Shown in pieces: positions 44,568-53,808 of a stretch of DNA of 64,000 bases. A model generated the notes under the pieces. The model made no database searches and had not been told where the DNA came from. It was given only the letters and a program-made list of their open reading frames with translations. The translations under genes were made by a program, and so were the position numbers. Within the stretch, counting starts at the first letter, position 1. Each line of letters starts with the position of its first letter. This DNA is from Spirochaetales bacterium (GTDB lineage Bacteria > Spirochaetota > Spirochaetia > SZUA-6 > RPPD01), in NCBI GenBank assembly GCA_016934415.1, contig JAFGSW010000101.1, forward strand, positions 204 to 64,203, written 5' to 3'.

Positions 44568-44579
44568 AGGAGCAGGCCT

Positions 44580-45689
44580 GTGATCACCGAAGGCAAAACC
44601 GACATCACCTGCCGCGAGGCGCGCTACAATCCGGCGACCGTCGCCGCCCTGGACGATTTCTTCACGCGGCTCATTGCGGAGAAAAAGATCCAGGCCGCCT
44701 GCTATCTCCTGGCGCGGGGCAACGGGATCTTCGCGCATAAGTTCATGGGCGGTCTCCGTTTCGACAAGCCCGACCTGCCCTTCCTGCCCGGCTCGCTGCG
44801 CAAGATCGCGTCCATCACCAAGGTGTTTACCGCGCTCGCCGTCATGCGGCTTGCGGAAGACGGGCTGCTCTACCTGGAAAAGCCCGTCGCGGACTTCATC
44901 CCCGAGTTCGACACGCCCCTGCACCGGGGTATCACGGTCTGGCACCTCCTCACCCACAGCGCGGGACTGAAGGCCGATCCCGGATATTTCCTCGAGCCAT
45001 ACCCGCTGTGGGCGGACATGAAGTGCCTGGACGATCTCATTCATTTCGCCGTGGAGGGCCCGCTCCAGTCCCGGCCCGGGGCGACCTGGTCGTACAGCTC
45101 GCTCGGCTTCGTTCTGCTTTCCGTAATTATCGCCCGGGCGGGCGGCATGCCGTACACCGAGTACGTGGAACGGGAAATCCTCAAGCCTTCGCGCCTGAAC
45201 GACACGCACTTCCGCGTGCCCGAAGACAAGATCGACCGGGTCTGCTTCACGCTCGAGTATGAGTTGAAGGAGTTCGATAGGATGCAGAGCGGGAAGACGT
45301 TCTTCCTGGGCGGGAGCGGACTCACCTCGACGCCCTATGACCTGTTCCGCCTCAGCCGGCTCCTGCTTCAGAAAGGCACCCTCGACGGAGTCCGCGTGTT
45401 GGGGAGAAAGACGATCGAGGCCCTGGTGCGCGACCAGTTCAACCCGGCCACGACCGCCTATTGCTGGGGCATGAACCTCAAGCCGATGGAATACGGCGCC
45501 GGCGTGAGCATCTCGCTGGGAGGGATCATGAGCCGGTTCGTCTACAACCACGAGGGCTACGGCCGCTGCACCTTCTTCGCCGACCCGGAGGAGGATTTCA
45601 CCGCCGTCTTCTTCGTCCCCACCGCCACCCACTGGCTGCCCGAGATCATCGAGAACCCGCGCTACATCATCTGGTCCGGGATCGAGTGA
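44580..45689 (+). CDS. Beta-lactamase-family serine hydrolase (class C / esterase-like)
   Basis: GTG start. Intact SxxK (ASITKVF) and the Tyr motif (WSYSSLGF). Confidence 0.85.
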   Translation: MITEGKTDITCREARYNPATVAALDDFFTRLIAEKKIQAACYLLARGNGIFAHKFMGGLRFDKPDLPFLPGSLRKIASITKVFTALAVMRLAEDGLLYLEKPVADFIPEFDTPLHRGITVWHLLTHSAGLKADPGYFLEPYPLWADMKCLDDLIHFAVEGPLQSRPGATWSYSSLGFVLLSVIIARAGGMPYTEYVEREILKPSRLNDTHFRVPEDKIDRVCFTLEYELKEFDRMQSGKTFFLGGSGLTSTPYDLFRLSRLLLQKGTLDGVRVLGRKTIEALVRDQFNPATTAYCWGMNLKPMEYGAGVSISLGGIMSRFVYNHEGYGRCTFFADPEEDFTAVFFVPTATHWLPEIIENPRYIIWSGIE

Positions 45690-45913
45690 GCGGACGGTAT
45701 GAGGCAAAAAAATTCTTCGCTGGATTAACGGTTATATCTCCCCGTTGCGCATGTTGGTGCCGGACTCGATGGCCGGACGGCGCGCCGAATCGGCTGGAGA
45801 TCGCCTCTTGGGCGTGATATATTGACTATTGCACGATAGCGAAGATTGGCGCGCAGAATCGAAAAAAACGGACGCATCGAACGAAAAATGTTGCATAAGG
45901 AAGGAGCTATATA

Positions 45914-47041
45914 ATGAAAAGAACGATTTCAATGACAATGGCGACAGCGCTCATGACTTTCTTGCTTCTGTCGATCGGCTGCGGGGCGCCCGGTCCGTCC
46001 GCGCCGGCCGCCGGATCGCTCGACTACGGCGGACGGTATGCCGATCCGAACGTCAATGGCGCATGCTCCGTCGCGGTATCGCCCGACGGGGAGAACGTCT
46101 ACGTCGTCGCCGTGCCGGAAGACGCGGTGGCGTGGTTCACTCGCGATCCGGACACCGGCGCACTCGCGTACGGCGAAAGATACGCCAACACCGCCACTAT
46201 CGATTATCCGCTATCCGTCGCCGTGTCTCCCGGCGGAGAACACGTCTATGTGGCGGCCTTTGAAGCGGACGCGGTGGCGTGGTTCGCGCGGCAGCCGTCG
46301 ACCGGCGCGTTGGTGTACGGATCAAGATATTTCAGCGCTACGATATTAAACGGCGCCAACTGCGTCACGGTTTCCCCGGACGGCGCGCATGTCTACGCCA
46401 CGGCGTACCGGGCCACCACCGATCACCACGTGGCATGGTTTACGCGGGATGCGGTCACCGGCGGACTGTCGGCGATGGGAAGCTACGGCAGCGCGTCGAC
46501 CATCGGTGGGCCGTTTTCCATCGTGATATCGCCCGACGGTCTGCACGCCTATGTCGCGGGCAATGTCGCGGATACGGTGGCCTGGTTCACGCGGAACGCG
46601 ACGAGCGGGGCGCTTTCCTATGTCGATCATTATGAGAACAGTATGGAGATCGACAGCCCGCGCTCCCTTGCCGTATCTCCCGACGGGAAGCATGTCTACG
46701 TGACGGCTGACTCGAACGACGCGGTGGCGTGGTTCACGCGAAACGCGGTGAGCGGCGCCCTTTCATACGGCGGGAAATATTCGCACGTGAATCTCGATAA
46801 CCCCTCTTCCCTCGCCGTATCGCCGGACGGGCGGCACGTGTACGTGGCGTCCAATATGACCGACGCGGTGGCATGGTTTGCGCGGGACGAGGCGAACGGG
46901 GCCCTCACCTATGTCGGGCGCTACAGCAATGAGGCGACAATCAACGGTCCCCGCTCCGTGGCCGTGGCGCCCGATGGGAAGCACGTCTATGCCGCGGCCG
47001 AATATTCCGACGCGGTGGCGTGGTTTGCCAGAAACAACTGA
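45914..47041 (+). CDS. Seven-bladed beta-propeller lipoprotein (lactonase-like repeats)
   Basis: RBS AAGGAAGGAG. Lipobox LLSIGC. Seven ~48-aa units of VSPDG.HVYV....D.VAWF.R....GAL.Y. Confidence 0.8.
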   Translation: MKRTISMTMATALMTFLLLSIGCGAPGPSAPAAGSLDYGGRYADPNVNGACSVAVSPDGENVYVVAVPEDAVAWFTRDPDTGALAYGERYANTATIDYPLSVAVSPGGEHVYVAAFEADAVAWFARQPSTGALVYGSRYFSATILNGANCVTVSPDGAHVYATAYRATTDHHVAWFTRDAVTGGLSAMGSYGSASTIGGPFSIVISPDGLHAYVAGNVADTVAWFTRNATSGALSYVDHYENSMEIDSPRSLAVSPDGKHVYVTADSNDAVAWFTRNAVSGALSYGGKYSHVNLDNPSSLAVSPDGRHVYVASNMTDAVAWFARDEANGALTYVGRYSNEATINGPRSVAVAPDGKHVYAAAEYSDAVAWFARNN

Positions 47042-47303
47042 AAAAGAAGGCGGCCTTGCAGGCGCGTTCCGTCTCGCGAGCATGAGGGAGGCGGGCGTTC
47101 ACGCCCGTTCCCTTTCCGCCGTACGTACGCGAGCGCATTCGGCCATTCCTGGACCAGGGCGCCGAACGCGATGAGAGGCAGCCATAAGGTCCGAAAAACG
47201 GTATCGTGAAAGATGGTAGAGGAAAAATCTAAAAGAGAACGCCGCCCTTTGTCAGGGTGGAGGAACGGTACGGGGTATCGTCGTTTCGCCTGGAGGCGGA
47301 GCG

Positions 47304-47465
47304 ATGTCGGATGATGACGAGTTCGGATTCTTCGCACCGCATGTGCGGCTTCCGGTCGTGCGTGATATGGGCTCGAAGGCGTTCGTGCATGGTGACAACG
47401 AATTGTCAGAAGGAAAGGTCTTTTATCCTCACGCTGGTGAGCGGTGTGGGAAAATGGTAAAGTAA
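47304..47465 (+). CDS. Small ORF (53 aa) immediately upstream of cdd
   Basis: ATG lies 7 nt after GGAGG. Stop is 4 nt before the cdd start. No homology recognised. Confidence 0.3.
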   Translation: MSDDDEFGFFAPHVRLPVVRDMGSKAFVHGDNELSEGKVFYPHAGERCGKMVK

Positions 47466-47469
47466 AGTC

Positions 47470-47886
47470 ATGGTATCCATCGAAGACAAGACGATCCGGC
47501 GACTGGTCGACGCGGCCCGCAAGGCGGCCGACAGGGCCTACGCGCCGTATTCCAGGTTCAGGGTGGGCGCCGCCCTCCTGTGCGCGGGCGGTGAAACCGT
47601 GACCGGCGCGAACGTGGAGAACCGCTCGTACGGGCTCACCGTCTGCGCCGAGAGGGCCGCGGTGTTCGCCGCGGTGGCGGCCGGCCGGCGCGACTTTCTC
47701 GCCCTGGCCCTCTTCACTCCGGACGCGAGCGAGCCGGTCACTCCCTGCGGCGCCTGCCGCCAGGTCTTGAGTGAGTTCGCGAACACGGATTTCCCGGTCT
47801 ACTACACCCACGACGGCGCGGCCGTCGTCCGCCGCACGCTGGGGGAGCTTTACCCGTTCGATTCGCTGCACGAGCTGGGAAAATAA
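47470..47886 (+). CDS. cdd: Cytidine deaminase
   Basis: Zinc motifs VCAERAA and PCGACRQ. Confidence 0.9.
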   Translation: MVSIEDKTIRRLVDAARKAADRAYAPYSRFRVGAALLCAGGETVTGANVENRSYGLTVCAERAAVFAAVAAGRRDFLALALFTPDASEPVTPCGACRQVLSEFANTDFPVYYTHDGAAVVRRTLGELYPFDSLHELGK

Positions 47887-48011
47887 TGTGTTGAGTCCCG
47901 CCTGAGTTGTGAGGTCGTCGTCACAGCTTCAGTTTTCGATCGAGTCCGCCCCGAGTCCTTCGACGAGCTCGGCACGGGCCCGCTGAAGCGTTTTGCGGTG
48001 ACCGTTCACTC

Positions 48012-49637
48012 TCATCTCAGAATGATGATTTTCCAGTTTCCGCTTTTCATCTCGGAATCCGTCATGTATTTGACGGTGACGGTCGAGTAGTTCTTGGCGA
48101 TCTCCATCTGGAAGCGCCGCACGGAGAGTCTGTGCAGCACCTTGATTTCCGGGCCCTGCATCCGGGTGATGACGTAGACCGTTTCTCCTTCTTCGGCTTC
48201 GGTCTGGTAGATGTGGTAGCCGGCCGTCTTGGTCATCAGGAAGCCGGCGGCGGGCGCCTGCGGCGTAAAATTTTCCACCGGGAGGCTGGTGTAGTTGATC
48301 TTTTGTTTTTGGGGCGTGTAGTAGAATCCGGTCAAATAGATTTTTCCGCCTTTATACAAGGCGTCGTAACGGCACCAGCCCAGGTCCAGAGCCAAAGTTT
48401 TCTTTCCTTCCAGCTCCGGAGGATACTTGGCGGGCTTCTTGGCTTCTTCCACGCTGACATTAATGATGTGCTGATCGGACGCTTGGCCCCGGATCTTCAA
48501 GACCGCCCGGATGGTGTGCCGCCCGGGCTTGGGAAAAACGGCCGTCAAAGAACTGGCGGTGTCATTGACGGCGTCTTTGGCCAGCCGGTCGTCAATGTAC
48601 CATTCAATCCCCGCCATCGTGAGGGGCGGATCGATGGATGCGAGGTAATACCCGTACTCGCCGGCCAGGAGGGTGGAGGGGGAGGCCGGGTCGATGATCA
48701 CCCGCGCTTTTTCCTCCAGCCGCCGGCGCTCGTCGGCCTTCCTCTTCCGTTCCCTCTCCGCCTCCTCCCTCAGGCGCGCCCGTTCCTTGAGCTCGGCGGC
48801 CGTCGGCTGCCGGTCGGTGGTCATGTCATCGTATCTCCTGTCGTGGTCGGTGTCCCTGTCCTCTCTTTCGTTTCCCGTGACCGGTCTTCTCGGCGTGTTG
48901 TCGGGCTCGGGTTTTTCGGGCGGCGGGGCGTTTTTGACGTCGGCCAGGAGGGCGGTGATCGCCTGCCGTTCGGCCTGGATGCGCTTCCTCTGGGCCGCCG
49001 CGCGCTTCACCTCCGCCTCCATGTCATTGATGATGACGCCCGCCAGGCCTTTGATGACGGTGAGCTTCCGGGTGATGAGCTCGATGTCGTCGTCGTCCTT
49101 GCCGTCCGGCCGGCGCCAGAACGCCTCCGCGGCGGGCAGAGCGGGCAGGTCGTCGTCAAAGCGCCGCAGGTCCGCCTTCAACGCATAGATGAGCACATTG
49201 CAGAGCTGGGCCAGGCGCTTGTTGTGGGTCTTCAAGCCGGCCACCTCGTTCTTCCACGAATCCACCGGGACCTTCCGGCGGTGGACGGTTGCGTTCCAGA
49301 GTGACTCTTCCGTGGTCAGGTTGTTGAAGACGTCGACCAAAAGCTCGTAGGCGCCCCCCAAGCCCGACGGGGCGGTGACGGCGGCGGCCATGTCGATGCC
49401 GCCCTTGACGAACACCCGGGCAGCGTTGTCGTCCCGCAGGGTTTGGGCCTTGTACCGGATCTCCACCAGCTCCTGCTTGACGGCCAGCAGTTTCACGGAG
49501 TATTCCTCAAGTTTTTTATCCATCGCGGCCAGGGCCTCGCTTTGTTTGCGCACGACGGCCGCGTCCCGGGCCGCGGTCTGGCCGGAAGCCTGGAACAAAG
49601 CGACGACGAGGAAAAAGATGATGGCGGGTGTTTTCAT
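48012..49637 (-). CDS. Secreted coiled-coil / charged-linker protein, function unknown
   Basis: Signal peptide. Heptad-like N-terminal half. A highly charged ERERKRKADERRRLEE linker. A beta-rich C-terminal half. Confidence 0.7.
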   Translation of the reverse strand: MKTPAIIFFLVVALFQASGQTAARDAAVVRKQSEALAAMDKKLEEYSVKLLAVKQELVEIRYKAQTLRDDNAARVFVKGGIDMAAAVTAPSGLGGAYELLVDVFNNLTTEESLWNATVHRRKVPVDSWKNEVAGLKTHNKRLAQLCNVLIYALKADLRRFDDDLPALPAAEAFWRRPDGKDDDDIELITRKLTVIKGLAGVIINDMEAEVKRAAAQRKRIQAERQAITALLADVKNAPPPEKPEPDNTPRRPVTGNEREDRDTDHDRRYDDMTTDRQPTAAELKERARLREEAERERKRKADERRRLEEKARVIIDPASPSTLLAGEYGYYLASIDPPLTMAGIEWYIDDRLAKDAVNDTASSLTAVFPKPGRHTIRAVLKIRGQASDQHIINVSVEEAKKPAKYPPELEGKKTLALDLGWCRYDALYKGGKIYLTGFYYTPQKQKINYTSLPVENFTPQAPAAGFLMTKTAGYHIYQTEAEEGETVYVITRMQGPEIKVLHRLSVRRFQMEIAKNYSTVTVKYMTDSEMKSGNWKIIILR

Positions 49638-49740
49638 GGGACAACCTCACGGGTACTAGTATAAGAGTTGCGGTTGTGAAATGAAAATAATTGTGCGGCG
49701 CGCGACGATCAGATCCCGGCAGCCGCCCGATCATTTTTGC

Positions 49741-49769
49741 TTGCATCGTATCCGGTTCCCTTCTATAAT
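49741..49769 (+). promoter_or_regulatory. Near-consensus sigma70 promoter
   Basis: TTGCAT (49741-49746), a 17-nt spacer, and TATAAT (49764-49769). Followed by a ~125-nt leader before ATG 49896. Confidence 0.55.
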
Positions 49770-49895
49770 AAACCGCCGATTCTTCAGAACGCGGGTCGGA
49801 TCCGATCACCGGGTAAACGCGCTTGCCGATGCAAGAAATAAGCGTATTCTGAAAACGGCGAATCGAATCGAAACGAACGAAGAGAAGGAGACGAT

Positions 49896-50006
49896 ATGGG
49901 AAAAGAACAGAACTCGAGAAAAGAGATCAAGCGGAAAGCGGCGAAGACGCTGAAAGAGAAACGGAAGGAAAAGAAAGTAAAGAAGGCCTCCCGGCAGGAT
50001 GGTTGA
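49896..50006 (+). CDS. Small lysine/arginine-rich protein (36 aa)
   Basis: MGKEQNSRKEIKRKAAKTLKEKRKEKKVKKASRQDG. RBS GAGAAGGAG 5 nt upstream. Confidence 0.35.
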   Translation: MGKEQNSRKEIKRKAAKTLKEKRKEKKVKKASRQDG

Positions 50007-50144
50007 GGCGATTCGGGCGCGATTTTTTCCGTTTTCATCCGCGGGCATCCGTAGTTTTCTCCCTTTTCACATCTGGTTCTCCCCGGCCCTTCCCAGCGGC
50101 CGTGCTTCGTGCTATGGTTTTCCCCGGAAAGAGTGTCTGGTCAT

Positions 50145-51146
50145 ATGCTCAAGGAGAATCTGGTCCGGATCGCGGCGGTGCTCGGGGCTTTGGCGGCGCT
50201 GGTTGCGCTGGTGACGGCCTTCGGCCTGGCCCTGGCCCCGCGCGCCCAAGCCAAACCCGAAGACTATCTCGCCTATTCGCTCGAGGGCCTGGATCAAGTG
50301 CCCGAGGATAAAATCCTCTATAGAGAAGCGGAGCCCGTCAAAGTCCCGGCCGGCGCGGACGATTCCCTCGCCGGGCTCTGCCTCCTGCCCGACGGCGGAT
50401 CGGCGTTGAGCGGCGGCTCGTCGATATTCGTTTTTGACCGCTCTCGAACCCTGGTACGAACATTTTCTGTCGGTGCGCCGGCGGTCGCCCTGTGCGTCAA
50501 ACCGGGAACAACACCCCCCGCCCTGTACGTGGCAATGCGCGACCATCTCGAGATCTGGTCCGTCGACGGCCGGAAGCTCGATGAATGGACGAGCCTGGGA
50601 GAGAAGGCGCTCATCGCGTCGATCGCGGCCTCCGGGAGCGCGGTCTACGCGGCCGACGCGGGCGATAAAAATATCGTTCAGTACGACACGGGCGGCCGGC
50701 TCATCCGGTTCATCACTCTGAAAGCCGACGGCGGCGATTCCGGCTTCCTCATCCCCGGCGCGTATTTCGACGTTGCTTTCGGCGACGGATCATTGTGGGC
50801 GGTCGACCCGGGCCGCCACCGAGTCTGCAAGATTTCCCCTGACGGGGAAATCCTCGCGGCCTGGGGCAGGACCTCCGCCGAGCTCGACGGGTTTTGCGGC
50901 TGCTGCAATCCGGTGAACATCGCCCTGTTTCCGGACGGTTCCTTCGCCGTCCAGGAAAAAGGCCTGCTCCGCATCAAGCTGTACGACCGGACCGGCGCGT
51001 TCCAAGGCGTCGTCGCGGGGCCCGCAAGTTTTCACCCCTCGGTGAAGTCATTGGATCTCGCGGTCGGTTCGGGCGGAACGGTGTACGCGGCGGACTCGCA
51101 TCTGAAAGAAGTCCGCATTTTCACGAGGAAAGGGGCAGGGCGATGA
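50145..51146 (+). CDS. Membrane-anchored beta-propeller protein (NHL/SMP-30-like) with CGCC motif
   Basis: N-terminal TM anchor. Repeated blade-like segments. FCGCCNP at 50895-50906. Stop overlaps the next start (ATGA). Confidence 0.75.
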   Translation: MLKENLVRIAAVLGALAALVALVTAFGLALAPRAQAKPEDYLAYSLEGLDQVPEDKILYREAEPVKVPAGADDSLAGLCLLPDGGSALSGGSSIFVFDRSRTLVRTFSVGAPAVALCVKPGTTPPALYVAMRDHLEIWSVDGRKLDEWTSLGEKALIASIAASGSAVYAADAGDKNIVQYDTGGRLIRFITLKADGGDSGFLIPGAYFDVAFGDGSLWAVDPGRHRVCKISPDGEILAAWGRTSAELDGFCGCCNPVNIALFPDGSFAVQEKGLLRIKLYDRTGAFQGVVAGPASFHPSVKSLDLAVGSGGTVYAADSHLKEVRIFTRKGAGR

Positions 51147-51421
51147 GAATCTCCGCGGTCGACCGGCACGGCGCCGGAGTGACGACTTCCCGGACGACTT
51201 CGCGGACTATCTCGCGGCGAGAGTTCGTGAAGACTGCGGGCCGGGTGCTTTTGGGCGGAGCGCTCGGCCTGCTCGGTGCCTCCCTCTTCGCGAAAGCCGT
51301 CTCCGGCGCCGGGGGGTCGTGCATCAATAACTCCTCCTGCCGCACGTGCGGCTTAAGATCCGACTGCAACCTGCCGCAGGCGCTCTCCTTCCGGGACAGG
51401 TTCGGGGGGGCTAGGCGATGA
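51143..51421 (+). CDS. Small Tat-signal protein with 4-Cys C-terminal peptide
   Basis: Twin-arginine motif SRREFVKTAG, an h-region, and AKA-VSG. The ~40-aa mature part has C-x6-C-x2-C-x5-C. ATGA-coupled at both ends. Confidence 0.65.
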   Translation: MRISAVDRHGAGVTTSRTTSRTISRREFVKTAGRVLLGGALGLLGASLFAKAVSGAGGSCINNSSCRTCGLRSDCNLPQALSFRDRFGGARR

Positions 51422-52023
51422 AATCGAAAAAACCCGGCAAGAACCCCAAAAAGAAAATGACGCGTCGGGAGTTTCTCAGGGTCGGCGCGCGCGCCGGACT
51501 GGCCCTGGGCGCGGCCGGGGTCGCGGGCGGTGCGTTCCTCCGCGGCCGGCAGACGGCCGATCTTCGCTGGCAGCTCGACCCGGACAAGTGCATCCAGTGC
51601 GGCCGCTGCGCCACCCACTGCGTGCTTACGCCCTCGGCGGTCAAGGCCGTTCACGCCTACGACGTCTGCGGCTACTGCGAGCTCTGCTCGGGCTACTTCA
51701 AGCCGAACGCCCTCCTCCTCGACACGGCCGCGGAAAACCGGCTCTGCCCGGTGAGCGCCATCAAGCGCACCTTCGTCGAGGACCCGTATTACCAGTACAC
51801 GATCGATACGGACCTGTGCATCGGGTGCGGCAAGTGCGTCAAGGGCTGCCAGAGCTTCGGCAACGGCTCGCTCTTCCTCCAGGCGATGCACGACCGCTGC
51901 GTCAACTGCAACGAGTGCGCCATCGCCCGCGCCTGTCCCGCCCGGGCCTGGACGCGCCTGCCGGCCTCCGCGCCGTACATGCTCAAGGGGAAGAGCCGCG
52001 GGAGTGGCGATGCGAAGAAATAG
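51418..52023 (+). CDS. Tat-exported multi-[4Fe-4S] ferredoxin (NapG/MauM-like)
   Basis: Tat motif TRREFLRVGA. CIQCGRCATHC, CIGCGKCVKGC and CVNCNECAIARACP, plus an extra CGYCELC. Confidence 0.85.
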   Translation: MKSKKPGKNPKKKMTRREFLRVGARAGLALGAAGVAGGAFLRGRQTADLRWQLDPDKCIQCGRCATHCVLTPSAVKAVHAYDVCGYCELCSGYFKPNALLLDTAAENRLCPVSAIKRTFVEDPYYQYTIDTDLCIGCGKCVKGCQSFGNGSLFLQAMHDRCVNCNECAIARACPARAWTRLPASAPYMLKGKSRGSGDAKK

Positions 52024-52054
52024 CCGCCGTAGATTACTCTTCACAGGCCTTCCG

Positions 52055-52239
52055 AAGAGGACACCCCTCGACTGCGCTCGGGGCAGGCTCCGAACACGGA
52101 GAGAGGAGAAGAGTACGAAGAGGGAAGAAGAGGGAAGGGAAAAGAAAAGTTTAGGAAAAAAACTCCGTCCTCTTTCTTCGCTTTTTCCTTCTTTCTTTCT
52201 TCGTGTTCTTCGTCCTCTTCGTGGTCTTCGTGTCCTCTT
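52055..52239. repeat. Palindromic MITE-like element filling an intercistronic gap (contains S-repeat copy 3 at 52061-52096)
   Basis: 10-bp terminal inverted repeats AAGAGGACAC (52055-52064) and GTGTCCTCTT (52230-52239). The internal purine-rich arm is complementary to the pyrimidine-rich arm. Confidence 0.7.
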
Positions 52240-52255
52240 GGGAGGGCTTACGGAA

Positions 52256-53566
52256 GTGAAGAGGCGATACGCCGTGACCCTCCTCGTCCTGGCACTCGCC
52301 GCGGGAGGAGTTGCCCACGCACAGGACCGCTTCCCGCGGCCGGAGTTCAAATCGGACTACGCCACGCCCACCCTCCAGGTGCCGAACGCGCCGGACTCGG
52401 TGTATGAATTCATCGACCTGGGGGTCCTCGCCGCGGCCGTTATCGCCATGTCGGCGATCGCGCTCAAGCTCCGGTCGCGGAACGCGATCTTCGTCCTGTC
52501 GATCGCGAGCCTCGTCTATTTCGGCTTCATCCGCCGCGGCTGCATCTGCCCGATCGGGGCCATCCAGAACGTCACCCTCGCCCTGGCCGACCCGACGTAC
52601 GCCGTGCCGCTGTCCGTCGTCGGCTTCTTCCTCGTGCCGCTCGCCGCCACGCTTTTCTTCGGCCGGACCTTCTGCGCCGGGGTCTGCCCGCTCGGCGCGA
52701 TCCAGGACCTGGTGGTCTTGAAGCCGATAAAGATTCCCAAGCCGGCGGCCGCCGTCCTGGGCGTGGTGCCTTTCCTCTACCTCGGCCTGGCCGTGCTCTT
52801 CACGGCGGCCGGAATCGGGTTCGTCATCTGCCGCTTTGATCCCTTCGTGGAGATCTTCCGCTTCGGCTCGCGCCTGGAAATCCTCGCCTACGCGGGCGTG
52901 CTCCTCGGTATCGGCGTGTTCGTGGCCCGGCCCTACTGCCGCTTCCTCTGCCCCTACGGCGCCCTGCTTTCCGTGCTCTCGCGCTTTTCGCGCCGCCACG
53001 TGACGATCAGCCCGACCGAGTGCGTCGAGTGCCGGCTCTGCGAGGACGCCTGTCCGGTCGACGCCATTCTTCCGCCGGCGGGCGGGGCCGCCGGTGGAAC
53101 CGGTGAACCGAGGCGCGCGAGCGTCCGGCGCCTGACCGTCTCGGTGCTCCTGATCCCGCTCCTCATGGCCGCGGGCGCGGCGGGCGGCAAGCTCCTCGAG
53201 GGATTTTTTGTACGCCTTTCGCCCGACGTCGCGCTTCAGACCGCGCTGGCGGCGGAAAAGGCGGCCGGGACGGCGGACGCCGCCGAGGAGACGAGGCTCT
53301 TCCGCGAGTCGGGCGAAACCGAAGCGGCCCTCGCCGCGCGCGTCGATCGCACCAAGGCCGTGCTCTCGATCGGGAGCGCGCTCTTCGGGGCCTTCGTCGG
53401 GCTCGTGATCGCCCTCAAACTCCTCGGCCTGGCGGTGCCGCCCGCCAACACGAGTTACGTTCCCGACCGGGCCGCCTGCGTGAGCTGCGGCCGGTGTTTC
53501 CGGGCGTGCCCGCAGGAGCACGTGCGGCTGCGTGGGAGAATCAACTCGCCTACAAGCCTTGAATAA
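52256..53566 (+). CDS. NapH/MauN/NosR-like membrane polyferredoxin
   Basis: GTG follows GGGAGGG. Signal/TM segments. Cx3CP motifs (CICPIG, CAGVCPLG, CRFLCPYG). C-terminal CVECRLCEDACP and CVSCGRCFRACP. Confidence 0.85.
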   Translation: MKRRYAVTLLVLALAAGGVAHAQDRFPRPEFKSDYATPTLQVPNAPDSVYEFIDLGVLAAAVIAMSAIALKLRSRNAIFVLSIASLVYFGFIRRGCICPIGAIQNVTLALADPTYAVPLSVVGFFLVPLAATLFFGRTFCAGVCPLGAIQDLVVLKPIKIPKPAAAVLGVVPFLYLGLAVLFTAAGIGFVICRFDPFVEIFRFGSRLEILAYAGVLLGIGVFVARPYCRFLCPYGALLSVLSRFSRRHVTISPTECVECRLCEDACPVDAILPPAGGAAGGTGEPRRASVRRLTVSVLLIPLLMAAGAAGGKLLEGFFVRLSPDVALQTALAAEKAAGTADAAEETRLFRESGETEAALAARVDRTKAVLSIGSALFGAFVGLVIALKLLGLAVPPANTSYVPDRAACVSCGRCFRACPQEHVRLRGRINSPTSLE

Positions 53567-53778
53567 ACCACGAAGAACACCCCTCGACGGAGTTCATCCC
53601 GAGCGCAGCCGAGGGACTCGGGGCAGGCTCCGAGCACGAAGGGGGAAAGAAGAGGAAAAGTGAGAGAATGCTTTGGGAAAAAACACAAGATCAGAATGAG
53701 TATACAAACATGAGCGATATTCTCTTTTTTTCATTTTCTTTCTTCCACTTCCTTCGCGTACTTCGTGTTCTTCGTGGT
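53567..53778. repeat. Palindromic MITE-like element filling an intercistronic gap (contains S-repeat copy 4 at 53577-53636)
   Basis: Perfect 14-bp terminal inverted repeats ACCACGAAGAACAC (53567-53580) and GTGTTCTTCGTGGT (53765-53778). Starts at the first base after the stop codon. Confidence 0.75.
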
Positions 53779-53808
53779 GTTTTTGAAAGCCGGATAGAGG
53801 AGTGAATC

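Noticed and set aside
47257-47460. 67-aa GTG-initiated ORF upstream of cdd
   Set aside because: The product is Ser/Cys/Arg-rich. The overlapping 53-codon frame (47304-47465) has a proper GGAGG-ATG spacing and is preferred, although it is itself low-confidence.
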